A DNA stretch of 64,000 nt from Pedobacter sp. Lineage in GTDB: Bacteria; Desulfobacterota; Desulfuromonadia; Desulfuromonadales; Syntrophotaleaceae. The notes beneath the pieces were generated by a model, which worked only from the letters and a program-made list of their open reading frames with translations, did not search any database and was not told the DNA's origin. Position numbers and translations under genes: made by a program. Of this stretch, positions 18,501 to 27,050 are shown piece by piece; the stretch's first letter is position 1, and every line of letters starts with the position of its first letter. Where the stretch lies: positions 64,001-128,000 of the forward strand of contig JBFWJC010000004.1 of the NCBI GenBank assembly GCA_050253415.1. Direction: 5' to 3'.

Positions 18501-19182
18501 TATTGTTAAAAGTCATCTCCAGGAGCTTTATCAGCGATTCCTGCGGCTCCCAGGTAATCGTGCCGTCCGCATAGGTGGATGCTTCATCTCCACCGAAGGG
18601 ATCATCCGCACCGGAGGTCCCCGCAACGATACATTTATAAAGTTGCCCGGTGGAACTGGATCCTGTCTGATAGACGAGATCTCCGACAGCATAATCGCTG
18701 GTGGAAGCCCATTCGGAAGAGGCGCTTATGGAAGCCTTCCAGTTCAGGTAGTCGCCCGTATAATAGGCAAGGGTTTTATTGGTGCACTCTGTACCATCGT
18801 TAGCGATACAGCCGATAAAACTGCCGTTGCCGTAGAGGGCATCGTAGGCGTCGGTGTAACCCGCAGAAACCTCTGTCATATCGGTATTCGAGACGACCTG
18901 GTACGTATCATTATTTTTGTAATAGATGGCATCCGTCGTATAAGAACCGGACCAATCGCCCGTAGTTTTACGTGCATAGGTCCCTGACGAACCCATCTGG
19001 CCCATCTCCTTGGAGGTATCGATAAAAAACAGGATATTGTGCTTAACCCCGCTTAAATCGGCCGTCGATCGTCCACCCACATAGATCGCGCTGTCACCGT
19101 AATAATAGTCGGGCTTCGCGGACACAGCCTGTGCCGAAAGAAGCAGTGACAAGCTTATTAGCAATACTCGTATATTATTCAT
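15562..19182 (-). CDS. pilY1: PilY1/PilC-family pilus tip adhesin, cassette B (about 1206 aa): signal peptide, degenerate vWA, beta-propeller
   Basis: Start MNNIRV (19182). WYGNLKKF, LGDILHSKP, GANDGMLHA, EEAWAFIPP, GETWSQP and DQDMDGYADRFY motifs. Confidence 0.92.
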   Translation of the reverse strand: MNNIRVLLISLSLLLSAQAVSAKPDYYYGDSAIYVGGRSTADLSGVKHNILFFIDTSKEMGQMGSSGTYARKTTGDWSGSYTTDAIYYKNNDTYQVVSNTDMTEVSAGYTDAYDALYGNGSFIGCIANDGTECTNKTLAYYTGDYLNWKASISASSEWASTSDYAVGDLVYQTGSSSTGQLYKCIVAGTSGADDPFGGDEASTYADGTITWEPQESLIKLLEMTFNNTIFPQLADKVNIGLMEYNSNNQGGAIVVPVANNSESTLTTAMTDDILPITQTANAQPLGSALWDAWLYFVGDPTGASHANSTSNDNAAYSDSPIEYWCQNTHIIVLATGATKDNLGTSNPIAAMDNGDDYYAPEAASYLYDNLDYEIDGQQARVQTHIIQLMSPKIQQLEDAATNGHGEYVQVSNPEDIFDAIGDIIVKILEEDTSFVAPVVPASPENRTYSGQRIYLGFFKPMNEEPWYGNLKKFGLSTDNEIVAYNSSGDLVAATDSDGYFLIDNTTDPPTPQNRSFWTPSGTYDGGLVYSGGVGGLLKSRVSARKIYTYLAADNVTNNLYNDVHAFTTTNASLTATLLDVDDDTEKNKVINFVRGNLEDGSAKRDWLLGDILHSKPLIVNYASYTFSETNEAIASQNKSMVFFGANDGMLHAVYDYNGEEAWAFIPPDVLTGLQYLRDVNSHYYFVDNSPLAYMHDANGDGTIDTDSGDKVILLFGLRRGGGSNTLVTGSRGSYYAIDISNPEQPKYLWHINSETTGFGEMGETWSQPRLTKMNIGGVPKVVAVFGAGYDNNEDLRFGNTQTFPTGTDATTNVSSATDGFSTGASSSGGTQYEPRGRGLYVVEIATLNSSESGYTPDFSNSGTKLWSATYNASSSVLADMTFSIPSDVLVFDQDMDGYADRFYVVDMGGQLWRFSVGDTTSVNNWTVKRIFQANTGSTDVGRKVFYKPTVTYNYPDTFIYFGSGDREHPLNYLNPGTSGGAVLDRFYMVRDREDVENAPSVLTEANLVDVTANELQRDDTTLAEADALIDKLYNYETPDADNEPRTVYYGWYIKMNETGHNGEKILASPTVFANVCFFTTYTPNSLSSVASDPCSGGNLGVSRLYAVNARTGEAIYNWYADSGTDQFGEGQSSASNDRANSGDADSPDILRRADRSLDVGTGIPSGLVIVIGKDGSTSILIGSGGAFPNVTLDEIETVYPLYWMTW

Positions 19183-19183
19183 T

Positions 19184-19765
19184 TCAGCCCCCCGAGGTGG
19201 TGACATAAATAGAATCATCACTTTTCTTAAAAATACGTACTTTGGAAGTTTCGATCCTGGCGCGCGAATCGTTCCTGGCCTGAGCCTCGACATTGATGCG
19301 ATAAAAATTACCGGCAAATTCATCGCCGAATTTACTGCGCAAAGTCGAGGGCAGATCGCCGGCGCCCAGATTGTTAACCACGTTTATGTCTTCATCATCG
19401 GACTTTACCAACTCCGTACCGGTTGAAGTATCCTGAAGGTCGGCAAAACGGTCGGCAACGGTGGTGCCGGCCACGGTTTCATCGCTATCAGTGACAAAAC
19501 TGTCGCTGTCTTCCTGAAGCAGCGCCAGATGGGTATCGTCGGTCTCATAAAGAATATCGGGATTCGCCGCATACTCCACGGCCCGCTCGGCGGCTCCGAA
19601 AGCATCGGCTGCTGAGCGATAATTGCTCGTGATGGCCAGATCGGTATTTGTCAAATTGAGAACCAGAATTCCCAAAACCGACAGGACAAGCAACATCGAC
19701 ATGGTCAAAACCAGCGCAAAACCAGCCTCCGCCCGACTTCTTTCAGTCCTCGAAAAATCGCTCAT
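19184..19765 (-). CDS. pilX: Minor pilin PilX (cassette B)
   Basis: EAG/FALVLTMSML without Glu5, AFGAAERAVE and FYRINVEA. Confidence 0.85.
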   Translation of the reverse strand: MSDFSRTERSRAEAGFALVLTMSMLLVLSVLGILVLNLTNTDLAITSNYRSAADAFGAAERAVEYAANPDILYETDDTHLALLQEDSDSFVTDSDETVAGTTVADRFADLQDTSTGTELVKSDDEDINVVNNLGAGDLPSTLRSKFGDEFAGNFYRINVEAQARNDSRARIETSKVRIFKKSDDSIYVTTSGG

Positions 19766-20682
19766 AAGACTACCCCGTTATGTATCTTAACCGTGGTGGA
19801 CAAAGTACGTGTCTTGACCCCAGAATAGTTATCCTGTCCCGTTTGGGTAGCATCCGTTTGCCCCGTTATGGTGATCTGAACAGCAACGATGTCGCTCAAA
19901 GTGGATGTCGCATTACCGTCATCATCGAGATAAGTTAGAGCAATCCCGGAAATATTGGACGCGATGAGCTGAAAAGCTTCGATAACAGTACCGTCAACAT
20001 CCAGAACCCGTCTTTTCAGATCGTTCATATTCGGATCGCCCGATGCACTGTCAACCAGTTGGTAATCGATCTGAAGCGGGAAATCGTCATCTGTCGTACC
20101 AGTGGGTAAAAGTACCAGCAGATCACCCTCCTCGATAGTACCGGCCGAAGAAGCTCCCCCCGATAAAGTCACCTGATTACCTGAGACACTGGCAACCGAA
20201 AGAACCGAGGTTACGCTGCTCAGACTGGTCGCCCTGAAAACCCGCACCGTGTCGCCTGCGGCAAACTGTTGCATCGAGCTTAACGCCAAGTCGATAGCGA
20301 GATTGGTTCCGGCGGCAGAGGCACTCTCAATGCGCCCATAACTCCGCATGGAGGTTACACTGACAAGAGACAGATGGGGGCGTTCATCCGTGTCATCAAA
20401 ATCGCCGTCACCGTTGCTATCGACCAGCATCTGAGCAGGTGCGTTGACCAATGCCGTCTGGTCGGAAGGGGTGAGGAATTCGGCCATTCGGATATCCTTG
20501 ACCAGAAAGTCCAGCCCGGCCCGCAGGTTTTGCTGAACTTCCACCACCTCTTCCTGCGTATAGGCATGTTTTTGGGTATTGATGAAGGTGCTATACACGG
20601 CACCGACAACCACCCCCATTATGACCATGGCGACCATAATTTCGACCAGCGAAAAACCCTGGTGATTTTTCCAGAATGTCAT
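19762..20682 (-). CDS. pilW: Minor pilin PilW (cassette B)
   Basis: QG/FSLVEIMVAM, QQNLRAGLDFLVKDIRMA and LIASNI. Confidence 0.9.
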   Translation of the reverse strand: MTFWKNHQGFSLVEIMVAMVIMGVVVGAVYSTFINTQKHAYTQEEVVEVQQNLRAGLDFLVKDIRMAEFLTPSDQTALVNAPAQMLVDSNGDGDFDDTDERPHLSLVSVTSMRSYGRIESASAAGTNLAIDLALSSMQQFAAGDTVRVFRATSLSSVTSVLSVASVSGNQVTLSGGASSAGTIEEGDLLVLLPTGTTDDDFPLQIDYQLVDSASGDPNMNDLKRRVLDVDGTVIEAFQLIASNISGIALTYLDDDGNATSTLSDIVAVQITITGQTDATQTGQDNYSGVKTRTLSTTVKIHNGVVL

Positions 20683-20690
20683 GATGCCTC

Positions 20691-21083
20691 CTAACGGTTT
20701 CTTTTCATCGTCGTTTGGGAAACCGAGCGACCGCCGAAGGCGTCATCAGTCACGGTAACCGTGATCTGGGAGATCCCATTGACCGGCGTATTTACAGCAA
20801 CGGCATAGGTGGCGGAAAACCCCTCAATGGCAAGGGTTTCCGGCCAGGCGACTGCCGGACTTACCGCCGTGTCGAAAATGGGGTCTCCGGCATCACGAGC
20901 CATAAGGTTTTGAACGATACCATCGGCCAACCCCACAGCTGCCGTCACACGCTGTGATGTTGCACCGCCGGTTATAGCGGTAATCTGCATGCCGGCAAGA
21001 GCCAGGAGCCCTATGGCAAAAATGGTGACAGCCACCAGAACTTCGATAAGCGTGAATCCTTCATTCGAACATTTAATATTCAT
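20691..21083 (-). CDS. pilV: Minor pilin PilV (cassette B)
   Basis: EG/FTLIEVLVAVTIFAIGLLALAGMQ. Confidence 0.9.
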   Translation of the reverse strand: MNIKCSNEGFTLIEVLVAVTIFAIGLLALAGMQITAITGGATSQRVTAAVGLADGIVQNLMARDAGDPIFDTAVSPAVAWPETLAIEGFSATYAVAVNTPVNGISQITVTVTDDAFGGRSVSQTTMKRNR

Positions 21084-21131
21084 GATTAATCCAATCTTAT
21101 AAAGTCTACTTATTTACTCGATATCTATCAA

Positions 21132-21148
21132 AGCAAAATACGAACCAA
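21132..21148 (-). promoter_or_regulatory. Sigma-54 (-24/-12) promoter of pilus cassette B
   Basis: Minus strand TTGGTTCGTATTTTGCT gives GG-N10-GC, about 50 bp upstream of the pilV start. Confidence 0.7.
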
Positions 21149-21209
21149 AATGACATAATCGGTAATATTCCGGAAATGTTGGATATATCGTATATTAACT
21201 AACTCTATC

Positions 21210-21257
21210 CGCAACTCTTGTGCAAAGTATTCAATGCATGAACGCAATTTTTGCACA
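21210..21257. promoter_or_regulatory. Candidate enhancer (bEBP) sites of cassette B
   Basis: CGCAA-CTCT-TGTGCA (21210-21224, 64 bp from the -24 GG) and CGCAA-TTTT-TGCACA (21243-21257), 33 bp apart. Confidence 0.6.
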
Positions 21258-21284
21258 GCTGGACCGTAGAATGTCAGTATTTGA

Positions 21285-21324
21285 AATACAAAAGGCGAAG
21301 CCTTTCGGCTTCGCCTTTTGTATT
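21285..21324. terminator. Rho-independent terminator downstream of the response regulator
   Basis: 18-bp perfect stem AATACAAAAGGCGAAGCC-tttc-GGCTTCGCCTTTTGTATT; separates cassette B from the upstream two-component transcript. Confidence 0.88.
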
Positions 21325-21459
21325 GAACCAGCAGTTTATTCATTTTTTTTGTTAAATAATATCTTATTAAAAATATAGGCTACTCATATACTGATATCTT
21401 AGAGAGTTACAGAAAAATACATCCCAAAAAAAGGTGCGCCATAACCTGACATCCAGCTA

Positions 21460-22818
21460 TTACGATTCGATTCGATACTCTTTAATCTTATATAAAAGCT
21501 TTCGCAGACTGATTTCCAGCAGTTTTGCGGCCTGGGTCCGGTTCCCTTCCGTAACAGCCAGAGCTTTACTGATATATTCCTTTTCCAGGCGAAAAGATGC
21601 TTTTTTCAGAGACAAGTCTTTAATCACATTGCGATTTTCACGACGCATATCCCCAGGCAAACCATCGATTTCCAGGACGTTTCCACGACTGAATATCATT
21701 GCCCTTTCGATGAAATTAGCCAACTCACGGACATTGCCTGGCCAGGAGTACTGATTCAGAGCTTCCATCACCGCAGGACTTATACTTGGAGCCACGCGAC
21801 CTTCACGCACAGCAACACCATGTACGAAATGATCGGCAAGCACGGAAATATCCTCACTGCGTTCCCTCAGTGGCGGGATATGCACCTCCACCACCGCCAG
21901 ACGAAAGAACAGATCGTCGCGAAAGTTACCCTGCACCACGGCCCCACGCAGATCTCGGGCAGTGGCCGCCAGTATCCTTACATTGACTTTGCGAGGGAGG
22001 TTCTCCCCCACTCGGCGCACTTCACCTTCCTGAAGCACCCGCAACAGTTTCGGCTGCAAATCCAGAGGCAACTCACCTATCTCATCCAGGAACAAGGTAC
22101 CCCCATCTGCCTCTTCGAATAATCCGGGTTTCTGCTGCATCGCACCGGTAAAAGCCCCACGCGAGTGACCAAAAAGTTCACTTTCAATCAATCCCGACGC
22201 AATGGCGCCACAGTTAATTGCCACAAAGGGTCGCTTTTGTCTCGCGCTTTGACTGTGTAGTGCACGGGCCACCAACTCTTTCCCCGTACCGGTTTCGCCT
22301 GTGATCAGCACCGGACTATGAGATGCGGCGACCCGGGAGACCAGGGTCAACAAACTCTCCATGACCCCGCTCTGATAAACAATCTGATGGTTGTTATTCT
22401 TATGCGAAAGTTTTTTACGCAACAGAGTGTTTTCCTGCTGCAGAAACATTTTTTCCTGAGCTTTGCGAAGCGTGAGGATAACCTCATCGGGCTTGAATGG
22501 CTTCGAGATATAATCATAAGCGCCTACTTTGAGACATTCTACGGCCGTATCGATGGTTCCGTAAGCGCTCATCATGATCACGATACCATCGAGATTGTTC
22601 GCTTTTACCTCCTGAAGGAAGGTCAATCCGTCCATCTCCGGCATGCGTATATCACACAGAATGATATCGAAGTTCGTCCGTTGCAAACACTCCAGGGCTT
22701 CACCACCGTTTTTAGCCTCGGTGACCCGATAATCACCCCTCTCCAGCACGAGACGAAGCATATGCCGCATACCCGCTTCATCATCGACAACCAGAACGTT
22801 TCCGCCATCAACCCGCAT
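21460..22818 (-). CDS. Sigma-54-dependent response regulator (NtrC/AtoC/PilR family)
   Basis: REC (VVDD...CDIRMP), [36 protein letters not shown] and a Fis-type HTH. Confidence 0.95.
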   Translation of the reverse strand: MRVDGGNVLVVDDEAGMRHMLRLVLERGDYRVTEAKNGGEALECLQRTNFDIILCDIRMPEMDGLTFLQEVKANNLDGIVIMMSAYGTIDTAVECLKVGAYDYISKPFKPDEVILTLRKAQEKMFLQQENTLLRKKLSHKNNNHQIVYQSGVMESLLTLVSRVAASHSPVLITGETGTGKELVARALHSQSARQKRPFVAINCGAIASGLIESELFGHSRGAFTGAMQQKPGLFEEADGGTLFLDEIGELPLDLQPKLLRVLQEGEVRRVGENLPRKVNVRILAATARDLRGAVVQGNFRDDLFFRLAVVEVHIPPLRERSEDISVLADHFVHGVAVREGRVAPSISPAVMEALNQYSWPGNVRELANFIERAMIFSRGNVLEIDGLPGDMRRENRNVIKDLSLKKASFRLEKEYISKALAVTEGNRTQAAKLLEISLRKLLYKIKEYRIES

Positions 22819-24331
22819 CGTCGTTTAGCTCCCTTTTCAGGACCACTTTAAAAACGCTTCCGACTTCGACCTCGCTTTGCACCTCAATAGCCCCACCCAC
22901 TTCATCCACAACCCGATGGCACACCGCCAAACCGAGCCCCCGCCCCTTGCCCGGTGCCTTGGTGGTATAGAAAGGGTCAAAGATATACCGAAGATTCGTT
23001 TCGGCAATACCTTGACCTTCATCGGCAATGGCCAACCAGACACTCGTATCGTTTGCGCCACCGGACACACGGATCTTCGCCATGGACGGCGAGGCATCCC
23101 GCGCATTGACAAAAAGGTTGACACAGACCTGCATCAGTCGGTGAGGCACCATCCGCACATACGGCAACTGTGCGGGCAAATCGTCTACCAACGTTACAGA
23201 ATCAAACACACCCTGACGGTCGAGCATGGTCATGGCTTGCCTCGCTATCTGCACCGGATCGAGATCTTCCTCCTTATCGGTGACCGGCTTGGCATAATCC
23301 AGCACATCGCGAACCAATTGATCGATACGTTCCAGTTCTGTATCGGCGTGACCGACAATATCCCGATGAGGTCCCTCCGGCAACTCCGATTTAAGCAACC
23401 CCAGATAACCTACCACGGCAGCCAGGGGGTTACCGATTTCGTGTGCCATGCCTGCTGCCAGGTGACCGATCGATGCCATTTTTTCCGAGCGCAGCAATTC
23501 ACCTCGGGTTTCTTCCAGCTCCTGGTTAGCCTGTTGCAACGATCGAATATGTTGATCCGTACGCTGCCGACTGTTTCGTAAAGCATCGACCATGAGATTA
23601 AAAGAAGTCGCCAGAGATGAGATTTCCACAGGCCCCGCTTCGCTTACCTTTTCATCAAGATTGCCATCTGCCACCTGTCGGGTGGAACCCATCAGGCTGC
23701 GGATAGGCCGCAACACATTGCGATTCAACTGGTAAAGCCCAAACAGAAACAGAACCGTTCCATACAGAAATACGTATACAACAAGGATTTTAAAGGACGT
23801 GCGTACGCGATGCCCGACACCATCAAGGGGAAACCGCATCTGCAGCACACCGATATAACCACCTTTGCTATATAACGGCATCGTTACTTTATAATATGAT
23901 GAGGAAGCACGCCCCGGAGACAACCAGGCATTGGAATAGGACAGTACGAATTGCGGTTCGGGGAGGTAACGCACTGACGTAAGTTGTTGTCTGGAATCAA
24001 GAGCAGATTTTTCCGGGCCATACAGGTGAACTGGCGTAAGGGTATTTGCCGACCATTTCCAGACACCGGTAGTGGTCATCCCGGATGAGAGAGGTTGCAA
24101 CAAACGAGCTATGCGCGGTTGCAGCAAGTCGAGTTCTGGTTCCGCGCCAAGCATATCTCCTAACGCACTACCAACGACCTCTGCTGCGGAGGACAGGCTT
24201 GTGACGCGTTGATCCACGAGTTCCCGTTCGGTCAGTTTGAGGATAAGGAACCCGCCAAACAGAAGTGCCGCACCCAACAGAAGGGTCATATGGAGAATAA
24301 TCTCGGTGCGTAAGCCGTACTTGTTGGCCAC
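22808..24331 (-). CDS. Membrane sensor histidine kinase with HAMP domain
   Basis: Two TM helices, HAMP, H-box AHEIGNPL, N-box NLFVNARDA, FDPFYTTK and GRGLGL. GTG start at 24331 with RBS GGAGG. Confidence 0.93.
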   Translation of the reverse strand: MANKYGLRTEIILHMTLLLGAALLFGGFLILKLTERELVDQRVTSLSSAAEVVGSALGDMLGAEPELDLLQPRIARLLQPLSSGMTTTGVWKWSANTLTPVHLYGPEKSALDSRQQLTSVRYLPEPQFVLSYSNAWLSPGRASSSYYKVTMPLYSKGGYIGVLQMRFPLDGVGHRVRTSFKILVVYVFLYGTVLFLFGLYQLNRNVLRPIRSLMGSTRQVADGNLDEKVSEAGPVEISSLATSFNLMVDALRNSRQRTDQHIRSLQQANQELEETRGELLRSEKMASIGHLAAGMAHEIGNPLAAVVGYLGLLKSELPEGPHRDIVGHADTELERIDQLVRDVLDYAKPVTDKEEDLDPVQIARQAMTMLDRQGVFDSVTLVDDLPAQLPYVRMVPHRLMQVCVNLFVNARDASPSMAKIRVSGGANDTSVWLAIADEGQGIAETNLRYIFDPFYTTKAPGKGRGLGLAVCHRVVDEVGGAIEVQSEVEVGSVFKVVLKRELNDDAG

Positions 24332-24528
24332 CCTATTCCTCCCTGATATCGACATAAAAACAACTCAATGAACACTGACCTACAAAATCAAAATACCACA
24401 GGTGCAAAATAGCGACAACGTAAAGAATTTCCCGCCAATCCTTAGCAGTTGATAGGCAACCATCCCCCGAGCTGCTATGGTATCGGGGGCACAGTCATCA
24501 CTATTTCTTGCAAGAATCGAGTCCATAA

Positions 24529-25713
24529 ATGACCCGACCAAACGCCATAAAGGGTAATGTTTTCAAACTCTACGTATTTTCTTTCCTGAAGATGACCCTG
24601 TTCCCTATGGCGATCATCACGCTGTTCTGGAAGGACCATATTGGTCTGAGCCTGACGGACATTCTGGTGTTGCAGGGATTGTTTTCCCTCGCCAGCGTTC
24701 TGATGGAATACCCTTCGGGTTATCTCAGTGACCGGCTAGGCTATAGGGCTGCCCTGATCATGGCATCCTTGTTCGGGATTATCGGCTGGGTATTTTACCT
24801 GTTTGCGGATTCGTTTACGAGCGTATTAGTGGCAGAGCTGCTGCTCGGTGTCTGCTATGCCTTTATCAGCGGCTCCGACAGCGCGCTGTTGTTTGAAACA
24901 CTGCAGACCGAACAGCGCGAAGAAAACTATGCACGTTTTGATGGGCGCATGACCAGCTGGGGGCAGACCGGAGAAGCTGCCGGAGCTTTGTTCGCCGGTG
25001 CCATGTATGCCGCCTCGCCGCTTTTGCCCTTCGCCGTGCAGATCGTGGTCTGGGTGCTGGCCCTGGGTATCTGTATGACCATGCGGGAACCACCCTCTGA
25101 CCACCCCCCCGCAATCCAGTCTCATCTGGCCGAAGCGCTGGGGGTATGTCGCTATGCCTGGCGCGACAATCCGGCCATACGCAACACCATCATCTTCGGC
25201 ACCCTGCTCGGGCTGGCCTCGTTTTATACCGTGTGGATGATTCAGCCTTTCATGCAACAGTGCCAGGTTCCGCTGGTCTGGTTCGGTCCGATATGGGCCG
25301 GCGCGAATCTGACCATCGCGGCCTGTTCGCTGCTCAGCCATCGACTGCAGGCCAGCCTCGGCCTGCGCGGCATGACGATACTGTTTATCAGCCTGATCGT
25401 GGTCGCGTACAGCGGTCTGGGTCTGACGGCAGGTGTGGGCAGTTTTGCGTTTTATTACCTGCTGACGGCCATGCGCGGCTTGCAGGGCCCCATAATGCGT
25501 CACAGACTGCAGCAAGCCAGTGCCCGACGCAACCGCGCCAGTATCCTGTCCCTGCACAGTCTGTCTTTTCGCGTCGGATTCATCGCCAGTGGTCCCTTGA
25601 TCGGCATGGTGGCCGACAAATGGGGGCTGGGCAGCGCCTTTTTACTGTTGGCAGCCGCGTTTGCCGTGCTGTTGCCAATTGCAGCGCGACGGTTTCTGGC
25701 CCGGGCTGTATAA
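24529..25713 (+). CDS. MFS transporter
   Basis: About 12 hydrophobic helices; EYPSGYLSDRLGYR (motif A) and SGSDSALLFE. Confidence 0.9.
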   Translation: MTRPNAIKGNVFKLYVFSFLKMTLFPMAIITLFWKDHIGLSLTDILVLQGLFSLASVLMEYPSGYLSDRLGYRAALIMASLFGIIGWVFYLFADSFTSVLVAELLLGVCYAFISGSDSALLFETLQTEQREENYARFDGRMTSWGQTGEAAGALFAGAMYAASPLLPFAVQIVVWVLALGICMTMREPPSDHPPAIQSHLAEALGVCRYAWRDNPAIRNTIIFGTLLGLASFYTVWMIQPFMQQCQVPLVWFGPIWAGANLTIAACSLLSHRLQASLGLRGMTILFISLIVVAYSGLGLTAGVGSFAFYYLLTAMRGLQGPIMRHRLQQASARRNRASILSLHSLSFRVGFIASGPLIGMVADKWGLGSAFLLLAAAFAVLLPIAARRFLARAV

Positions 25714-25724
25714 ACTCCCAGCTT

Positions 25725-26942
25725 TCAGCCCTCAGCCAACCCATCCGCCAACTGTTCCAGAAACGATGCCGCATCCATAACGATACCCAGGGATTGGTGA
25801 CTTCCGCGGTCCTGCAGCTTGGTGACGACCGCCGGATTGACATCAACGCAGACCGTCACAACCCGGGCTGGCAGAAGATTTCCTGTGGCGATGGCATGCA
25901 AGGTCGTGCCGACCATAATCGCCATGCCAACGCCGGGGATATGGCTGCGCATGGCGCGCTGGGCGGCGAGCGCATCGGTAATAACATCGGGCAACGGACC
26001 GTCATCACGAATGGAGCCGGCCAACACAAAAGGGATGGAACGGATTACGCAGGCATGCATGACCCCTTGGGTCAGCGCCCCGGCCTCCACCGCCCGGGCT
26101 ATGGAGCCGGCGTTGCGGATGCGGTTGATGGCCCACAGGTGGTGGGCATGTCCTTCATGGCCCGGCGGATGCCCACCGACGGGAACGCCGAGGGATGTGC
26201 CGTACAAGGCGGATTCGATATCGTGGGCTGCCAAAGCATTACCGGCGAACAATACGTCGATCCAGCCGTCCCGGATAAGCTTCTCCAGCACCGGCCCGGC
26301 ACCGGTGTGGATGATGGCCGGGCCACCAACCAGTAGAATCTTCTCGCCGGCTGCCTTGACCCGTCGCGCGGCCTGCACGATCCGCTGAAGTAAAGGCCGT
26401 TTGGGCTTTTCGGCAGAAACCGAACTGGCCATAAAGCGAAAAGCAGCATCGTTCGTATCACGCGGCGGATAACTGACGCGTACCCCTTGCGTCCCGACGA
26501 CCACAAGCTGCCCAGCCCTGACATCCGCCATAGGCACGGTGCAGGCTTTATTCATGCCCTCCTCGATGGCAATGGCCAAATCCATTTCAACCCCGGACAC
26601 CGGCAGCCACCGGCCGTTAATCAGTACCTCCGTGGGAAGATTGGTGGTGGCATAAAAATGATCCGGCAACACTCCGTCGGCCGGCGCCGCTTCGCATCGC
26701 ACCGGCAGCGGTATCACAGGTTCGGCACCCAGCCGCGCCAGACTGCGCAGAATGGATTGAAGCGTAGCATCATCCGGAGCGCCGATCGTAAGCATACCGG
26801 TACTTTTATCCCTGCGAGTCCGTCCGATGGTCAATGCGACAATTTCATAGCTACCACCCAGGCGATCCACGGTGTCAAGGACCTGCGACAGAATCTGTTG
26901 ATCGATGAAATGTCCTTCAAGCTTTACCTGCTGCTCCGGCAT
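25725..26942 (-). CDS. TIGR00300 family protein (LOR/SDH-like domain, putative ornithine cyclodeaminase)
   Basis: LEGHFID, DGVLPDHFYATTN, GNALAAHDIE, LAGSIRDDGPLP, TLHAIATGNL and VVTKLQDRGS match this family as I recall it. Confidence 0.85.
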   Translation of the reverse strand: MPEQQVKLEGHFIDQQILSQVLDTVDRLGGSYEIVALTIGRTRRDKSTGMLTIGAPDDATLQSILRSLARLGAEPVIPLPVRCEAAPADGVLPDHFYATTNLPTEVLINGRWLPVSGVEMDLAIAIEEGMNKACTVPMADVRAGQLVVVGTQGVRVSYPPRDTNDAAFRFMASSVSAEKPKRPLLQRIVQAARRVKAAGEKILLVGGPAIIHTGAGPVLEKLIRDGWIDVLFAGNALAAHDIESALYGTSLGVPVGGHPPGHEGHAHHLWAINRIRNAGSIARAVEAGALTQGVMHACVIRSIPFVLAGSIRDDGPLPDVITDALAAQRAMRSHIPGVGMAIMVGTTLHAIATGNLLPARVVTVCVDVNPAVVTKLQDRGSHQSLGIVMDAASFLEQLADGLAEG

Positions 26943-27050
26943 GGCCTTCTCCTTCCGGCAAAGTCATCCCATTCCCCAGCCTTAACACTGGCACTCAGCT
27001 TTGTTTATGGGATATAATACGTCCAGAATAATCAAAAAAGGGAATAAAAC

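Noticed and set aside
6750..21083. Shufflon, invertible-DNA or DGR switching between the two pilus cassettes
   Set aside because: No recombinase, reverse transcriptase, flanking inverted repeats or near-identical template/variable repeats were visible; both cassettes are intact and co-oriented.
25146..26336. 396-aa + strand ORF spanning the MFS and TIGR00300 genes
   Set aside because: Out-of-frame and antisense shadow in GC-rich DNA, with no recognisable motifs.
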